DNA of 64,000 bases from Candidatus Latescibacterota bacterium (GTDB taxonomy: Bacteria > Latescibacterota > UBA2968 > UBA8231): contig CBDETK010000013.1 of NCBI GenBank assembly GCA_965242865.1, forward strand, positions 992,001 through 1,056,000, read 5' to 3'. A model generated the notes under the pieces. It was not told where the DNA came from and searched no databases. It worked only from the letters and a program-made list of their open reading frames with translations. The translations under genes and the position numbers were made by a program. Below are positions 40,248-50,071 of the stretch, in pieces. Every line of letters begins with the position of its first letter. Positions within the stretch are counted from its first letter, which is position 1.

Positions 40248-40404
40248 GAGCGCGAAGTTTTTATTCCATTCGGCAAAAGGATTGGTGATGATCGCCCCCT
40301 TGTTGAGGTGAATTCAAGTGTGCTTGTGCCTTCCCTTGACGCATCGCCAGGCAGCCGTTAAGCTACCGGCCCCAACCCACGCAACGGAGAAGGAGATTGG
40401 TACC

Positions 40405-41148
40405 ATGGCCGACGAGCGCGTCTTTATTGGCGACCTGACCCGCCGGGAATTCCGCGAGCGCATTCAAGCCGGCACGATCCAAGCCGCGATTGTGCCCACC
40501 GCCGCCACTGAACAGCACAACGAACACCTGCAGATGATCCACGACACCTTCCACGCCAGCTACATGGCCGAGCACGCGGCCAAAAAGCTCCGGCCCCACG
40601 TGGTGGTCGCTACGCCGGTGGGCATCGGCGTTTCCGAGCACTGGATGGAGCACATCGGCACCTTGACCGTGCGGCCGGAAATTTTCTGCGAATACGTCTT
40701 CGATGTCTGCCATTCGCTGGCGCGGGCCGGCATTGACAACATCTTGGTGCTCAACGGCCACGGCGGCAACGTCAAACCCATGATGCGCCGCCTCGACGAA
40801 TACCGAGAAAAACTCGGCGTCAACCTCCGCTTCCAGTCCTATTGGGACGTGTATGACCCCGACTTGGTGCAGCAATACATGGAGCGGGGCCGCCTGCCCG
40901 GGCACGCCGACGAGTTCGAGACCTCGACCATGCTTTACCTCGCGCCCGAGCGCGTGCAGCCCGAGGCTATTGACAACCCGGCCGCGGCCTTGGGCACCCG
41001 CGCCAAGGGCGAGGCCCTCGTGGGACCGGCCGTGGACGGGGTCGCCGCGCTGTTGCAGCAAATGATCGCCGGCCAAGCAATCGACCTGCCGCCGGTGACC
41101 TTCTATCCCGAGGGCAAGCGCAACCTCGTCACCGGCGAGCCGGTTTGA
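40405..41148 (+). CDS. Creatininase family protein
   Basis: EQHNEHL...D, NGHGGN, GHADEFETS. Confidence 0.9.
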   Translation: MADERVFIGDLTRREFRERIQAGTIQAAIVPTAATEQHNEHLQMIHDTFHASYMAEHAAKKLRPHVVVATPVGIGVSEHWMEHIGTLTVRPEIFCEYVFDVCHSLARAGIDNILVLNGHGGNVKPMMRRLDEYREKLGVNLRFQSYWDVYDPDLVQQYMERGRLPGHADEFETSTMLYLAPERVQPEAIDNPAAALGTRAKGEALVGPAVDGVAALLQQMIAGQAIDLPPVTFYPEGKRNLVTGEPV

Positions 41149-42178
41149 GCACGACGCCGAGGGCCTCGGCCGGCGACTCCACGAGCACATCGACAGCCGC
41201 GGCAATGTCCTCCAGCGCAAACTCGTGGGTATAAAGCGGCTCGACGCAGAGCTTTCCGGCCGCCATGGCGCGCAGGCACTCGGCTAGGTTGCGCTGAGTC
41301 GGCCACTCGACCAAGACCTCGGGATACGCGGGGCCGCGCTCGTATTCGGGGTCGTGATAGCCGGGGCCGGTGCGCGCTGCACTCCGCACATCCACGTTGC
41401 CCAGCGCGGCCCCAAAGCCGTGCGCGACCCGCGCTCCGCCCACGAGGACGATGCGCCCCAAGCGATGCGTATCCGGCGCTTGCTTTAGGCTCTGGTACAT
41501 GGCGGCAAACGCAGCGCTGGCCTCGCCGCCAAAGGCCACGACGCCGAAATCCATGCCGTAGCCTCGGGTGAACGCCCCGGCCCGCTCGACCACGTCCTGC
41601 GCGGCCGGATCGACGACGTCCTCTACGCCCACCTGCCGGGCGATGCTGCGCCGACGCGCCCAGCGATCGACCCCCAAGACGTGGCAGCCGCTCAACTGGG
41701 CAAACTGGGCCGTGAACTGACCGACCAACCCCAAGCCTACGACGATCCCGTTTTCACCGTACAACGGGGCGGTGCGCCGCACCGCGTGCAATCCGGTGGC
41801 TGCCAAATGCACGGACGCGGCCTCGGCAAAGCCAACGCCGGCGGGAATGGCCGCGCACAAATTCTGCGGCACACAGGCCCAATCGGCGTGCAGGGCGTAT
41901 CCGCCCCCCATGCAGGCGATGCCCTGCCCCACCGCGAATTGCTCTACGCCCGCGCCGACCTCCTCGACGACGCCGGCGTTGCTGTAGCCAAAAGGACGCG
42001 GGGGCCGGTCGGGTTGGGGGTTTTCCCGCATGGCCCCCACCCGCCCTAGCTCGCTCCCCGGGCTGATCAACGACGCTTCCACCCGAACCTTTACCTCGCC
42101 GGGGCCGAGGGCGGGCATGGCTTCCTCTAGACAGACCCCTCGGCCTCGGCCGTCAATAGCGGCGACCTTCCGCTGCAT
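41129..42178 (-). CDS. Zinc-binding (MDR) dehydrogenase
   Basis: SLISPGSE, GYSNAG, VGLGLVG. Confidence 0.88.
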   Translation of the reverse strand: MQRKVAAIDGRGRGVCLEEAMPALGPGEVKVRVEASLISPGSELGRVGAMRENPQPDRPPRPFGYSNAGVVEEVGAGVEQFAVGQGIACMGGGYALHADWACVPQNLCAAIPAGVGFAEAASVHLAATGLHAVRRTAPLYGENGIVVGLGLVGQFTAQFAQLSGCHVLGVDRWARRRSIARQVGVEDVVDPAAQDVVERAGAFTRGYGMDFGVVAFGGEASAAFAAMYQSLKQAPDTHRLGRIVLVGGARVAHGFGAALGNVDVRSAARTGPGYHDPEYERGPAYPEVLVEWPTQRNLAECLRAMAAGKLCVEPLYTHEFALEDIAAAVDVLVESPAEALGVVLKPARR

Positions 42179-42273
42179 AAGCACCTCCCTGTTGTGCTGG
42201 TTGCGCCCCTACGGGCTGCTATATTACTTATATAATATACTTTAGGTCTATTGCACTATCGGGTCGAGGTCCT

Positions 42274-43041
42274 GTGAACGTCATCATCGCGGCACTGTTG
42301 GGAAGCATCCTCTTGGTTTGGGGCGGGTTTTGGATCCTGCTCCGCATTGCGGACCCCTTTGAGCGCAAGCACGTGTTGATCCTCGCCGCGTACACCACCG
42401 TCGTCGTCGGCTGTGTCACGGGCTTGGTGCTGTTTATCAATCACGAGCGGCAAAAGGAGCACCGCTCTCAGCTAGAGGGCCAAATGGAGGACTTCTCCGC
42501 TCGCCTCTCCGAGCTGAGCACCCGGCTGATTGGCCAGCTAGAAGAAAAAGCCAATCTGACCGCCTCTGAATTTGAGATCCGCACCCTGCTGCAAAACGAA
42601 AAGGACCACCACAAGCGCACCCGCAACCAACTCGCCAACCAAATCGATCGCAACAACGCGCTGCAAAACAGAATGGACGCCGAGCGCAAGGAGCGGCTGC
42701 GCTACCAAGCCGACACCGACCGCCAGCTCAAAGAACGCTTCGAGCAAGAGGACGCGCGCTACCAAACCCTCGCCGACACCCAAGCGCGTTCCTCGGCTAA
42801 CGTGCAGGCGCAGCTTGGTCAGTTCGACCGGGAGTTGACCCGCCTGCAAGAGCAAACCGCGGCCTTGCAGCGCAATCAGCAAGCGATTTTAGACAAAATC
42901 GCCGCGGCCCGCGAGACCCAAACGCTTTCGGCCCAAACCCTCGATGCCCTCGCCCGCAGCCTGAGCGCGCTGTCCAACGACTTCCACCAGACCATGGCGC
43001 AAGTCGATAGCCTATACCGTAGAACATCCCCAACGCCTTAA
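42274..43041 (+). CDS. Membrane-anchored (2 TM) coiled-coil protein
   Basis: Two N-terminal TM helices followed by a long heptad region. Confidence 0.75.
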   Translation: MNVIIAALLGSILLVWGGFWILLRIADPFERKHVLILAAYTTVVVGCVTGLVLFINHERQKEHRSQLEGQMEDFSARLSELSTRLIGQLEEKANLTASEFEIRTLLQNEKDHHKRTRNQLANQIDRNNALQNRMDAERKERLRYQADTDRQLKERFEQEDARYQTLADTQARSSANVQAQLGQFDRELTRLQEQTAALQRNQQAILDKIAAARETQTLSAQTLDALARSLSALSNDFHQTMAQVDSLYRRTSPTP

Positions 43042-43050
43042 GGAGCCGAT

Positions 43051-43875
43051 ATGAAACGCACCCTCATCCCTTGCATCGCCCTAGTGCTCGCCGCCTGCAC
43101 CGATAAGGAGCAAGAGAGGCTCCTGCTCCAATTGCAAAGCGACATGGGCCGGGCCAACGCCGCCATTGACTCGCTGACGTACTCGCTCGACGACTCCAAC
43201 CGCTTGCTCGACGACATGCGGGCGCAGGTTGACAGCACCCAACAGGTGAACGACAAGCTCCTCGAAAACGTGCAAAAGCTCAACAAGGAACTGCGGCACT
43301 GGAGTAAACTGGCCACCGAATACAAGCAGAGCAATGCGCGGTTGAAGGTCGAAATTGAGCAGCTAAGGGAGGAAAAGCAAGGGGACCGCTACACCATTTC
43401 CCAACTGCGCTCCGAGACCGACCGCCTCAACGGCGAGCTACTGGAAACCCACAGCAGCATCCGCCGCCAGAGCGATCACATTCGGCGCTTAGAGCAGGAG
43501 TTGGCCCAGACTAAGGCCAAGCTAGACGCGGCTGAAGCCCAAATGGCCGTGCAAAACGCAGTGTTCCTCTACGCGGCCAACGAGCCCCAGCTCATAGAGC
43601 AGGGCTATCTCAGAACGCACCGCCCCTTTGGCAACGGGTTCCGCAAGCAATACGAATTGGTTAAAAAGATCCGCCGCGACAGCCCGGGCGCTCAAGTCGC
43701 GCCCATCGGCCAAACGATCGCCCTCGCTGGCGAGGTCGAGGCCCTCGTCGATTACTACGGCAAGCTCAGAAAAGGGGATGACTACGAAATGACGCGCGGC
43801 GACGCCGGGGTGCAGGTCACGTTCCTCAACGAGTTGGCCAGTGGCACGGGCGTCTTGGCGATCCTCAAGGAATGA
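43051..43875 (+). CDS. Coiled-coil lipoprotein with C-terminal globular domain
   Basis: Lipobox LAAC, about 150-aa coiled coil, AAGGAG RBS. Confidence 0.75.
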   Translation: MKRTLIPCIALVLAACTDKEQERLLLQLQSDMGRANAAIDSLTYSLDDSNRLLDDMRAQVDSTQQVNDKLLENVQKLNKELRHWSKLATEYKQSNARLKVEIEQLREEKQGDRYTISQLRSETDRLNGELLETHSSIRRQSDHIRRLEQELAQTKAKLDAAEAQMAVQNAVFLYAANEPQLIEQGYLRTHRPFGNGFRKQYELVKKIRRDSPGAQVAPIGQTIALAGEVEALVDYYGKLRKGDDYEMTRGDAGVQVTFLNELASGTGVLAILKE

Positions 43876-43884
43876 GCTCGGCCC

Positions 43885-44304
43885 TCACCACGTGTGGACA
43901 TAGACGGCCGAGCGCACCTTTTCCCCGGCTTGGTTGGTCGACAGCAGGGAGTCGGCAAACGTCGCGTGTTTGGCCAGCCTCTCGCGGCTCCCCCCTTTGA
44001 GAAATAAATGCAAATTGGCTTCGGGTTCGGCGGCGAGGCGGCGCACCATCCGGCGAAACTCCCACTCGCTCAAGGGGCTGTCGATGGTGTAGCCATCGCT
44101 CGATAGCCCCACGGCCGCGCTCGTGTACAGCACGACCCGATCGCCCGGTTGGGGGTCGTGGCGATGCACCCGCCAGACCGGTTGCGTGGCATTGAGAATC
44201 ATAATGCCCAAGCTCAACATCAGCATCATAATCCCCAAAAAGAGTTCCTTGCTAATATCGTGCTCTTCGAGCTCGGCGTCTTGGCGCTTGAGATAGCGGC
44301 TCAC
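43885..44304 (-). CDS. ExbD/MotB-like single-TM protein
   Basis: One N-terminal TM plus small periplasmic domain, directly downstream of an ExbB-like gene. Confidence 0.55.
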   Translation of the reverse strand: MSRYLKRQDAELEEHDISKELFLGIMMLMLSLGIMILNATQPVWRVHRHDPQPGDRVVLYTSAAVGLSSDGYTIDSPLSEWEFRRMVRRLAAEPEANLHLFLKGGSRERLAKHATFADSLLSTNQAGEKVRSAVYVHTW

Positions 44305-44318
44305 AACCCTCTATTCCT

Positions 44319-45104
44319 CTATTCCTCGCTCGTCCTCGCTCGGACCCAAGCGTCCTCCTGCCGGGCGAGCCGCTGGACCAGGTAGTCGGCGTGCTTGCGC
44401 AGCGGCAAGTACGCCAAGAGGCCGACGAGCGTGGTCTTAAAGGCCAAAACCAAGCCCTCGGCCATGGCGCTGAGGGCCTTAAAGGTCTGGGTCGCCTCGT
44501 CGATCTGGCTCAATTCCTGCGCGGTCAGCAGGATGCCGCAGACCGTGCCCAAGTAGCCGTACAGGGGGATTCTCGCTAGATCGCGGCGGACGTGGGTTAG
44601 CGGGGTGCCGAGAATGCCCACGAGTTCGTCCACCAGCTCCTCGTCCCGGCTCTTGCGGTCGCTGTAGCTGGCAAGCTGACGCTGCCACTCTGACAACTGC
44701 TCCATTCGCTTGCGGCCCAAGGTATTAGGGCTGGTGTCGCCGTGATTCCCCCAAGCCCTTTCCTCGCGGCGAAGGTGCAAACTAATGTGGGCCAAGCTCA
44801 ACAGATGGCCGCCCGCCGCCCACGCGATCAGCGCGTATGAGAGGCGGCCAATCCAAGCAAAAACACTCGCTGGCTGCGGGTTGAAGAACAGGTAATAAGC
44901 GGCCAACGCCCCGACGATACCCCCGGTCAGCAAACCGATGCCGCTGGCGAGGAACCGCAGGCGGGGCACGGTCAGGGAGTACTTTTCGTCGTGCTGGCGC
45001 ATGCGCCGGGCCCGGCGCATCTGCAACCAACTCGCGCTGACGCCGCTGGCCAGCACCAACAGAACGCTGCTGCCTAGGATTAACTCGTCGTTCAAGCGGT
45101 CCAT
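44319..45104 (-). CDS. MotA/TolQ/ExbB proton channel family protein
   Basis: PLYGYLGTVCGI and GLVLAFKTTLVGL motifs. Confidence 0.8.
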   Translation of the reverse strand: MDRLNDELILGSSVLLVLASGVSASWLQMRRARRMRQHDEKYSLTVPRLRFLASGIGLLTGGIVGALAAYYLFFNPQPASVFAWIGRLSYALIAWAAGGHLLSLAHISLHLRREERAWGNHGDTSPNTLGRKRMEQLSEWQRQLASYSDRKSRDEELVDELVGILGTPLTHVRRDLARIPLYGYLGTVCGILLTAQELSQIDEATQTFKALSAMAEGLVLAFKTTLVGLLAYLPLRKHADYLVQRLARQEDAWVRARTSEE

Positions 45105-46294
45105 CCCTTCGCCCGGAAGAGCTTCCACCACTGCCGACTGACCACCCCTAAGTAGCACAGCAGGCCGGTCGCAATCCCCCACAGTTCCCACGGCACGCTG
45201 CTACCCCTGAGGACGCTCCGAGCAGCCGAGCGAGCCGCCCCCGCCCCGGTCGCACGCCCCTCGCCTTGGGTCGCGCCGCGGCCGGCCGGGGGCGCGTAAT
45301 CTCGCCGGCGGTCTGCGCCCCCGCGCACGGTGCGGCCTACGGCGCGCTGCGGCACCACGTGGGTCGCGCCCTTGAGGGCCTGCTTTTTGGGGAAAACCAA
45401 TTCGCGTTGCGCGGCCGGCAGGGATTCGGTCCAAGCGAGCAGTTTTTTGGCTGCGTCAATGCTTTCGACTTCGGCCAGTTTGTCCGCTTTGCCCAAAGAA
45501 AAAGCCAATCGCCCGCGAATGAACCCCCGATAGAGCACGTCCGAGGTCGGGCTGCGGCGGGCTTGGAGCTTGCGCGCCAATTCGTCGCGTTGCTTTTGCA
45601 GGCGCACCAACCGGCTGACGACCAGATGGGTTTCCATATTCTGCTGCTGCGCGGCCCCGCCCACGCCGGTGAGCGGCCGCCGGCGCGCCGCACGCGCCAA
45701 GTGCCCGGCGTCAAAGCGCGCCTCTAATTCGACCTCGCCAAACAGGGTCGTTCCCCAGATGACTTCGGCCCCGGGAATGTCGGGCAAGCTGTGGTTGTAA
45801 AAACGCGGCTCGGCCGGCCGGCCGGCCACCCGCCAGCGGCCATCGCCGGTGGCCAGCACCCGGCGCAAGCGGCCGCGGCCGTCTTGTAGGTACAGACCGG
45901 CCATAAAGCCGCTTTCGACTCGGTCCGTGTCCCAGCAATGGGCGCGTAGGACATTGGACTTGTGTAGGTACACCGCGGGAATTTCGACTCGGGTCGGGGT
46001 CAGGCGCGTTTCCCCGATCCGCTGCCCATTGAGGAACAGCTCGGCTTCGTCGTCGGCCCAAAACATCAGCACCAGCTTGGAGTTGGCCGGCAAGATGCGG
46101 GGGGTTCCCCGCCGCTTTGCCAATTCGCGCAGCTCGTCCCCCCCGTAGAGGCGAACCAGGGTGTCGATGCTGGCGGATACTTGGTTGTACTGGCGTCTGA
46201 GTGCCACCGCGTCATCGGCCGCCGCGGCCGCCGCCCAGCCGACCCCGCACACCGCCCACGCCAACCAACGCCCCCATCGCGCATAGCCGCTCAT
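45092..46294 (-). CDS. Exported protein with beta-sandwich domain and C-terminal TM
   Basis: Signal peptide, ADDEAELFLNG motif, C-terminal hydrophobic helix followed by basic residues. Confidence 0.7.
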   Translation of the reverse strand: MSGYARWGRWLAWAVCGVGWAAAAAADDAVALRRQYNQVSASIDTLVRLYGGDELRELAKRRGTPRILPANSKLVLMFWADDEAELFLNGQRIGETRLTPTRVEIPAVYLHKSNVLRAHCWDTDRVESGFMAGLYLQDGRGRLRRVLATGDGRWRVAGRPAEPRFYNHSLPDIPGAEVIWGTTLFGEVELEARFDAGHLARAARRRPLTGVGGAAQQQNMETHLVVSRLVRLQKQRDELARKLQARRSPTSDVLYRGFIRGRLAFSLGKADKLAEVESIDAAKKLLAWTESLPAAQRELVFPKKQALKGATHVVPQRAVGRTVRGGADRRRDYAPPAGRGATQGEGRATGAGAARSAARSVLRGSSVPWELWGIATGLLCYLGVVSRQWWKLFRAKGWTA

Positions 46295-47277
46295 AAAAAA
46301 CCTTCCGTGAAACTGCTCGCTTTAGCGGGCAGAGGGATAGGAGTTGCTTTTTGTGACGGGCGCGAAAGCGTCCCTGAACAAAAGCAAATATAGCCCTTAC
46401 GTAATGGATTATCGATCACTATACTTAAGGGTATGGAAACGATACGCACCCTTTCTTGTAAGCTCGCCGTTCCCCATCCAATCAAAGATCGGATTGAGGC
46501 TACGCTTGAAGCGTTTTCCCAAGCCTGCGACTTCGTTGCGGATTGGGGCAACGAGCACAAGAAGCATCGTCGCTGCTGAGGATGCGCCCGCACCGCCTTC
46601 GGATGCGGATGTCAAGGCCACCCTCGGCGTTGATTTGGGTCTCCGTCACCTCGCTACTGATTCCGCAGGACACCAGTTTCAGGGAACAGACCTTGCTGAC
46701 TATCGTTCGCACCGAGCCGATGTTCGGGCTTGGTTGCAAGCGAAGGCACATCGGGGCACCAAGGCAACGCGCAAAGCCTGCCGCCGTGCCCTTAAACGGC
46801 TTTCGGGTCGGGAGCGTCGTCACCAGAAACAGATCAACCACGAGATTAGCAAACACTTGGTTTCCTTCGCATTGAAGCAAGGGGTGGCCATTGTCTTTGA
46901 ACAGCTCAAGGGCATCCGCGACCGCTGCCGGGTTCGCAAAGCGCACCGGCGGAGGTTGAACTCGTGGGCGTTTTACCAGTTGCAGCAGTTTGTTGAATAC
47001 AAAGCCAAGCAGGCCGGGGTCCGCATGGTCTATATCGACCCGCGCTATACCTCTCAAACCTGCTCGAACTGTCTGCATATCGGGATACGACGCCAAGATG
47101 ATTTCGCCTGCAAAGACTGTGGGCACCGTTCCCACGCCGATCTCAATGCGGCACGGAACATTGCCCGCTGGGGCCTCGCTGTAATCCGAGGCGAATACTC
47201 CCTGCTCTCCTGCCCGCTCCCAAGCGGCGGAAGGGTGGGAGGGTAAAGCGGACGGCGTTAGCTGTCAGTGCGATTAC
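46295..47277 (+). mobile_element. IS200/IS605-family tnpB-only element, copy 2, internally deleted
   Basis: Near-identical to copy 1; region equivalent to 33399-33736 replaced by GCTGCT, which frameshifts tnpB. Confidence 0.92.
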
Positions 47278-48044
47278 ATATTGGACTTGGATTGCCCCCC
47301 ATCGACATTGATGCAGGCGCCCGTCACCCATTGCGCTCGGTCGGACGCCAAGAAGGCCACCACATCCGCGACCTCCTCTGGGGAGCCAAAGCGGCCAAAG
47401 GGCAGGTTGGCGTCGATAAAGGCTTGGATTTGCGCTGGATTTTCCTTCATCCGCCGCTCCCAGCTCCCTCCGGGAAAGAGAATGGAACCCGGGGCCACGG
47501 TGTTGACGCGGATGTTCTTTTGCGCTGCTTCAATCGCCAAATTGGCCCCCAAGCTGATCAGCGCGGCCTTGGCGGCATTGTACGCGATAGGCCCTCCGGT
47601 TTCGCGGCCAAAAATCGAGGCGATGTGGACGATGCTGCCGCCCCCGCGCGCTTCGAGCAAGGGCATGGCCGCCCGGCTCACCCGCACGGCCGAGAGAAAG
47701 CTCAAGTTGATGCTGTCGTTCCACTCGGCATCGTCGATCTCGACAAAGGGGGTCCACTTGGCTCCGCCGACGTTGTTTACGACAATGTCGAGGCCGCCAA
47801 AGCGCTGGTTGGCCGCGGCCACCACGGCGATCGCGCCCTCCGGCGTGGTCACATCGTGCGCGGTGGCCTCCACTTCGGCACCGCGGGCAGTTAAGTCGGC
47901 GGCCGCTTCGGCCAGCGCATCCGCGCCGCGGGCACAGATGCAAAGCCGCGCTCCCTCGGCGGCCAAGGCCGCGGCAATGCGCTTGCCAATGCCGCGGCTA
48001 GCCCCGGTAACTAGGGCAATTTTGTCTTTGAGTCCCAGATCCAA
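47274..48044 (-). CDS. SDR family oxidoreductase
   Basis: TGASRGIG, NNVG, YNAAK; stop codon supplied by the IS end. Confidence 0.92.
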   Translation of the reverse strand: MDLGLKDKIALVTGASRGIGKRIAAALAAEGARLCICARGADALAEAAADLTARGAEVEATAHDVTTPEGAIAVVAAANQRFGGLDIVVNNVGGAKWTPFVEIDDAEWNDSINLSFLSAVRVSRAAMPLLEARGGGSIVHIASIFGRETGGPIAYNAAKAALISLGANLAIEAAQKNIRVNTVAPGSILFPGGSWERRMKENPAQIQAFIDANLPFGRFGSPEEVADVVAFLASDRAQWVTGACINVDGGQSKSNM

Positions 48045-48045
48045 A

Positions 48046-49032
48046 CTACACTCCTTTCTCAAGGCCCGGCGTCAGCGCGCCGGGATTGGTCGCGAACAGT
48101 GCGATCAAGTAAGCCATGCACAACGCCAACAACACCAAGCCCTTCCAGCGGCTCAACGAATAGCCGTAGCGCATCAACCCGAGCATCGCCACGACGATTG
48201 CCAGCATCCACGGGAACATGAACTGGACCACGTCGGCCGGGACCACCAGCGGGTTGGCCAAGGCCGACGCGCCGGCGATCCAGCAGATGTTGAGGATGTC
48301 GGCCCCGAGGATATTGCCCACGGCCAAAGCCCCTTGGCCTTTGCCAGCCGCGACAATGCAGGTCGCGATCTCGGGGATCGAAGTGCCCAAGGCCACGACC
48401 ACCAAGCCGATGACCACGTCCGGCAGCCCCAACGCCTTGGCCACCACCGGGGTCGCCTCGACGATAAAGTGGCTGCTGACGACCACGCCGGCCAAGCCGC
48501 CGCCAAACAGCAACGCTACCCGCCCGAGGCTGCGCCGGGCGGCCTCCTCCTCGTCCAGCGCGGGGCGCGGCCGCTGCTTCTGCTCCCAGAACGAATATAT
48601 AAGGTATAGGACAAAAAGCCCGACCAACGCGCCGCCCTCCACCCGAGCCAGCGTCCCGTCGGCGGCCATGTACCAAGCCACTAGATCGACGGTGATGAGA
48701 AAAATCGCGGCCGAGCGCAGCACGACGCGGTCGATGGCAATGGCGGCGGGGGCAAAAAGCGCGGCCATGGGCAGGGCCAAGCCGTCGTCGTAAATGACCG
48801 ATCCCACGGCATTGCCCAGCGCCACTTCGGGCGAGTCGCTGAGGGCCGCAGTCACCGAGACCGCCAACTCGGGCGCGGTGGTGCCAATGCCGACGATGAC
48901 GATGCCGATCAAGATCGGGGGGGCGCGGAGATAGCGCGCAATATCAATGGCACCTTCGACCAGATAGTCGGCGCATTTGGCCAGCAGCGCGAAGGATAGG
49001 ACCATCAGGCCCGCGGCCTCCCAGATCCCCAT
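48046..49032 (-). CDS. Calcium/sodium antiporter (YrbG-like)
   Basis: GTTAPEL and GTSIPE alpha repeats, GNAVGS / GNILGA. Confidence 0.92.
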   Translation of the reverse strand: MGIWEAAGLMVLSFALLAKCADYLVEGAIDIARYLRAPPILIGIVIVGIGTTAPELAVSVTAALSDSPEVALGNAVGSVIYDDGLALPMAALFAPAAIAIDRVVLRSAAIFLITVDLVAWYMAADGTLARVEGGALVGLFVLYLIYSFWEQKQRPRPALDEEEAARRSLGRVALLFGGGLAGVVVSSHFIVEATPVVAKALGLPDVVIGLVVVALGTSIPEIATCIVAAGKGQGALAVGNILGADILNICWIAGASALANPLVVPADVVQFMFPWMLAIVVAMLGLMRYGYSLSRWKGLVLLALCMAYLIALFATNPGALTPGLEKGV

Positions 49033-49050
49033 ATTAGCTCGCGGTCGTCT

Positions 49051-49923
49051 TCACGGCGCATCTAGGTAGGAGGACAAGAGGCGCTCGGCGTTTTGGTAGG
49101 CGATCTTGTCAAAGGCGGCCGCCGGCAGCGCCAAGGTGCGCAGAAAATCCATGAGCTGGGCGTTGAAGCAGTCGCGGCCAAAGAGCAATTTGTCCTGAAA
49201 TTCGAGGAGGAAATCGCGGCCAAAGCTCCGGTCCCTTTGCAGGGCGCGCAAACCCGACCCGGCCGACAGATCGGCGTATAGGTTGCGGTACTGGCGCATC
49301 ATCGGGGCCAAGCGCCCATTCGGCAGCACCGGGCCGCTCGGGTAGCTCTCCTCGGCGTGGCGACCGTCCCCGGAAATATGCGCCCAAAACCCCGGCGCAT
49401 GGCCGATAAAGACCGTGTGTGGACAGGCTGCGACCGCGCGTTCAAGCGCGTCGAGGCTACCGCCGTACCACCAGTTTGGGCGCGGGTACTGGCCGCGGCC
49501 GTGGTCAATTGGATAGTCGAGATGGATCGTAATGGGCAAGCGCAACGCGCCGCACGCCTCGTATAGGCGCAGCGCGTCTGGATCGTCAAACGGCAGGCGC
49601 ACCTTCAGCTCGGAGGCGACTTGGATGCCGTGGATTTCGACCGCGGCCTTGAGCCGATCGGCCGCGTCGGGCCGCTTGGGATGCGGCATGTAGCCGAGGA
49701 CAAAGCGGTCGGGCGCTTCCCGGCCGACTGCGAGCACATCTTCAAAGGGAATGCCGACGCCGGTGGGCGGCAACACCGGGTGATACGAAGGCGGGTATTC
49801 ATCGGCCGGGACCTCCCACGAGAACAGCCACATCTGGTCGATGCCCTGCTCGTCCATGTTACGCAGGATTTTGGCGGCGTTAAACCCGTGCCAGTTGGGG
49901 TGATTATGCGCGTCAATGAGCAT
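49051..49923 (-). CDS. Amidohydrolase family protein
   Basis: IDAHNH, FIGHA, LLFGRD. Confidence 0.88.
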   Translation of the reverse strand: MLIDAHNHPNWHGFNAAKILRNMDEQGIDQMWLFSWEVPADEYPPSYHPVLPPTGVGIPFEDVLAVGREAPDRFVLGYMPHPKRPDAADRLKAAVEIHGIQVASELKVRLPFDDPDALRLYEACGALRLPITIHLDYPIDHGRGQYPRPNWWYGGSLDALERAVAACPHTVFIGHAPGFWAHISGDGRHAEESYPSGPVLPNGRLAPMMRQYRNLYADLSAGSGLRALQRDRSFGRDFLLEFQDKLLFGRDCFNAQLMDFLRTLALPAAAFDKIAYQNAERLLSSYLDAP

Positions 49924-49976
49924 TCGTTAATGATATTCGCATGGGTGAAAACTGTCAAGATAAGGCCAAGGGCCTT

Positions 49977-50014
49977 TTGTAATAATTATTCTTGATTAAG
50001 AATTATTATTTATT
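49977..50014 (+). promoter_or_regulatory. Putative tandem ARG boxes upstream of argG
   Basis: TTGTAATAATTATTCTTG-AT-TAAGAATTATTATTTATT resembles paired GAAT-n4-ATTC ArgR sites. Confidence 0.55.
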
Positions 50015-50071
50015 ATATTTTTACGCGCCCATACTGTGCGTCCGCACTTTCTCCAAGGAGCAACCGCAACC

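Noticed and set aside
43885-45104. Zorya (ZorAB) defence system
   Set aside because: No long ZorA tail, no OmpA domain in the partner, and no ZorC/D/E genes.
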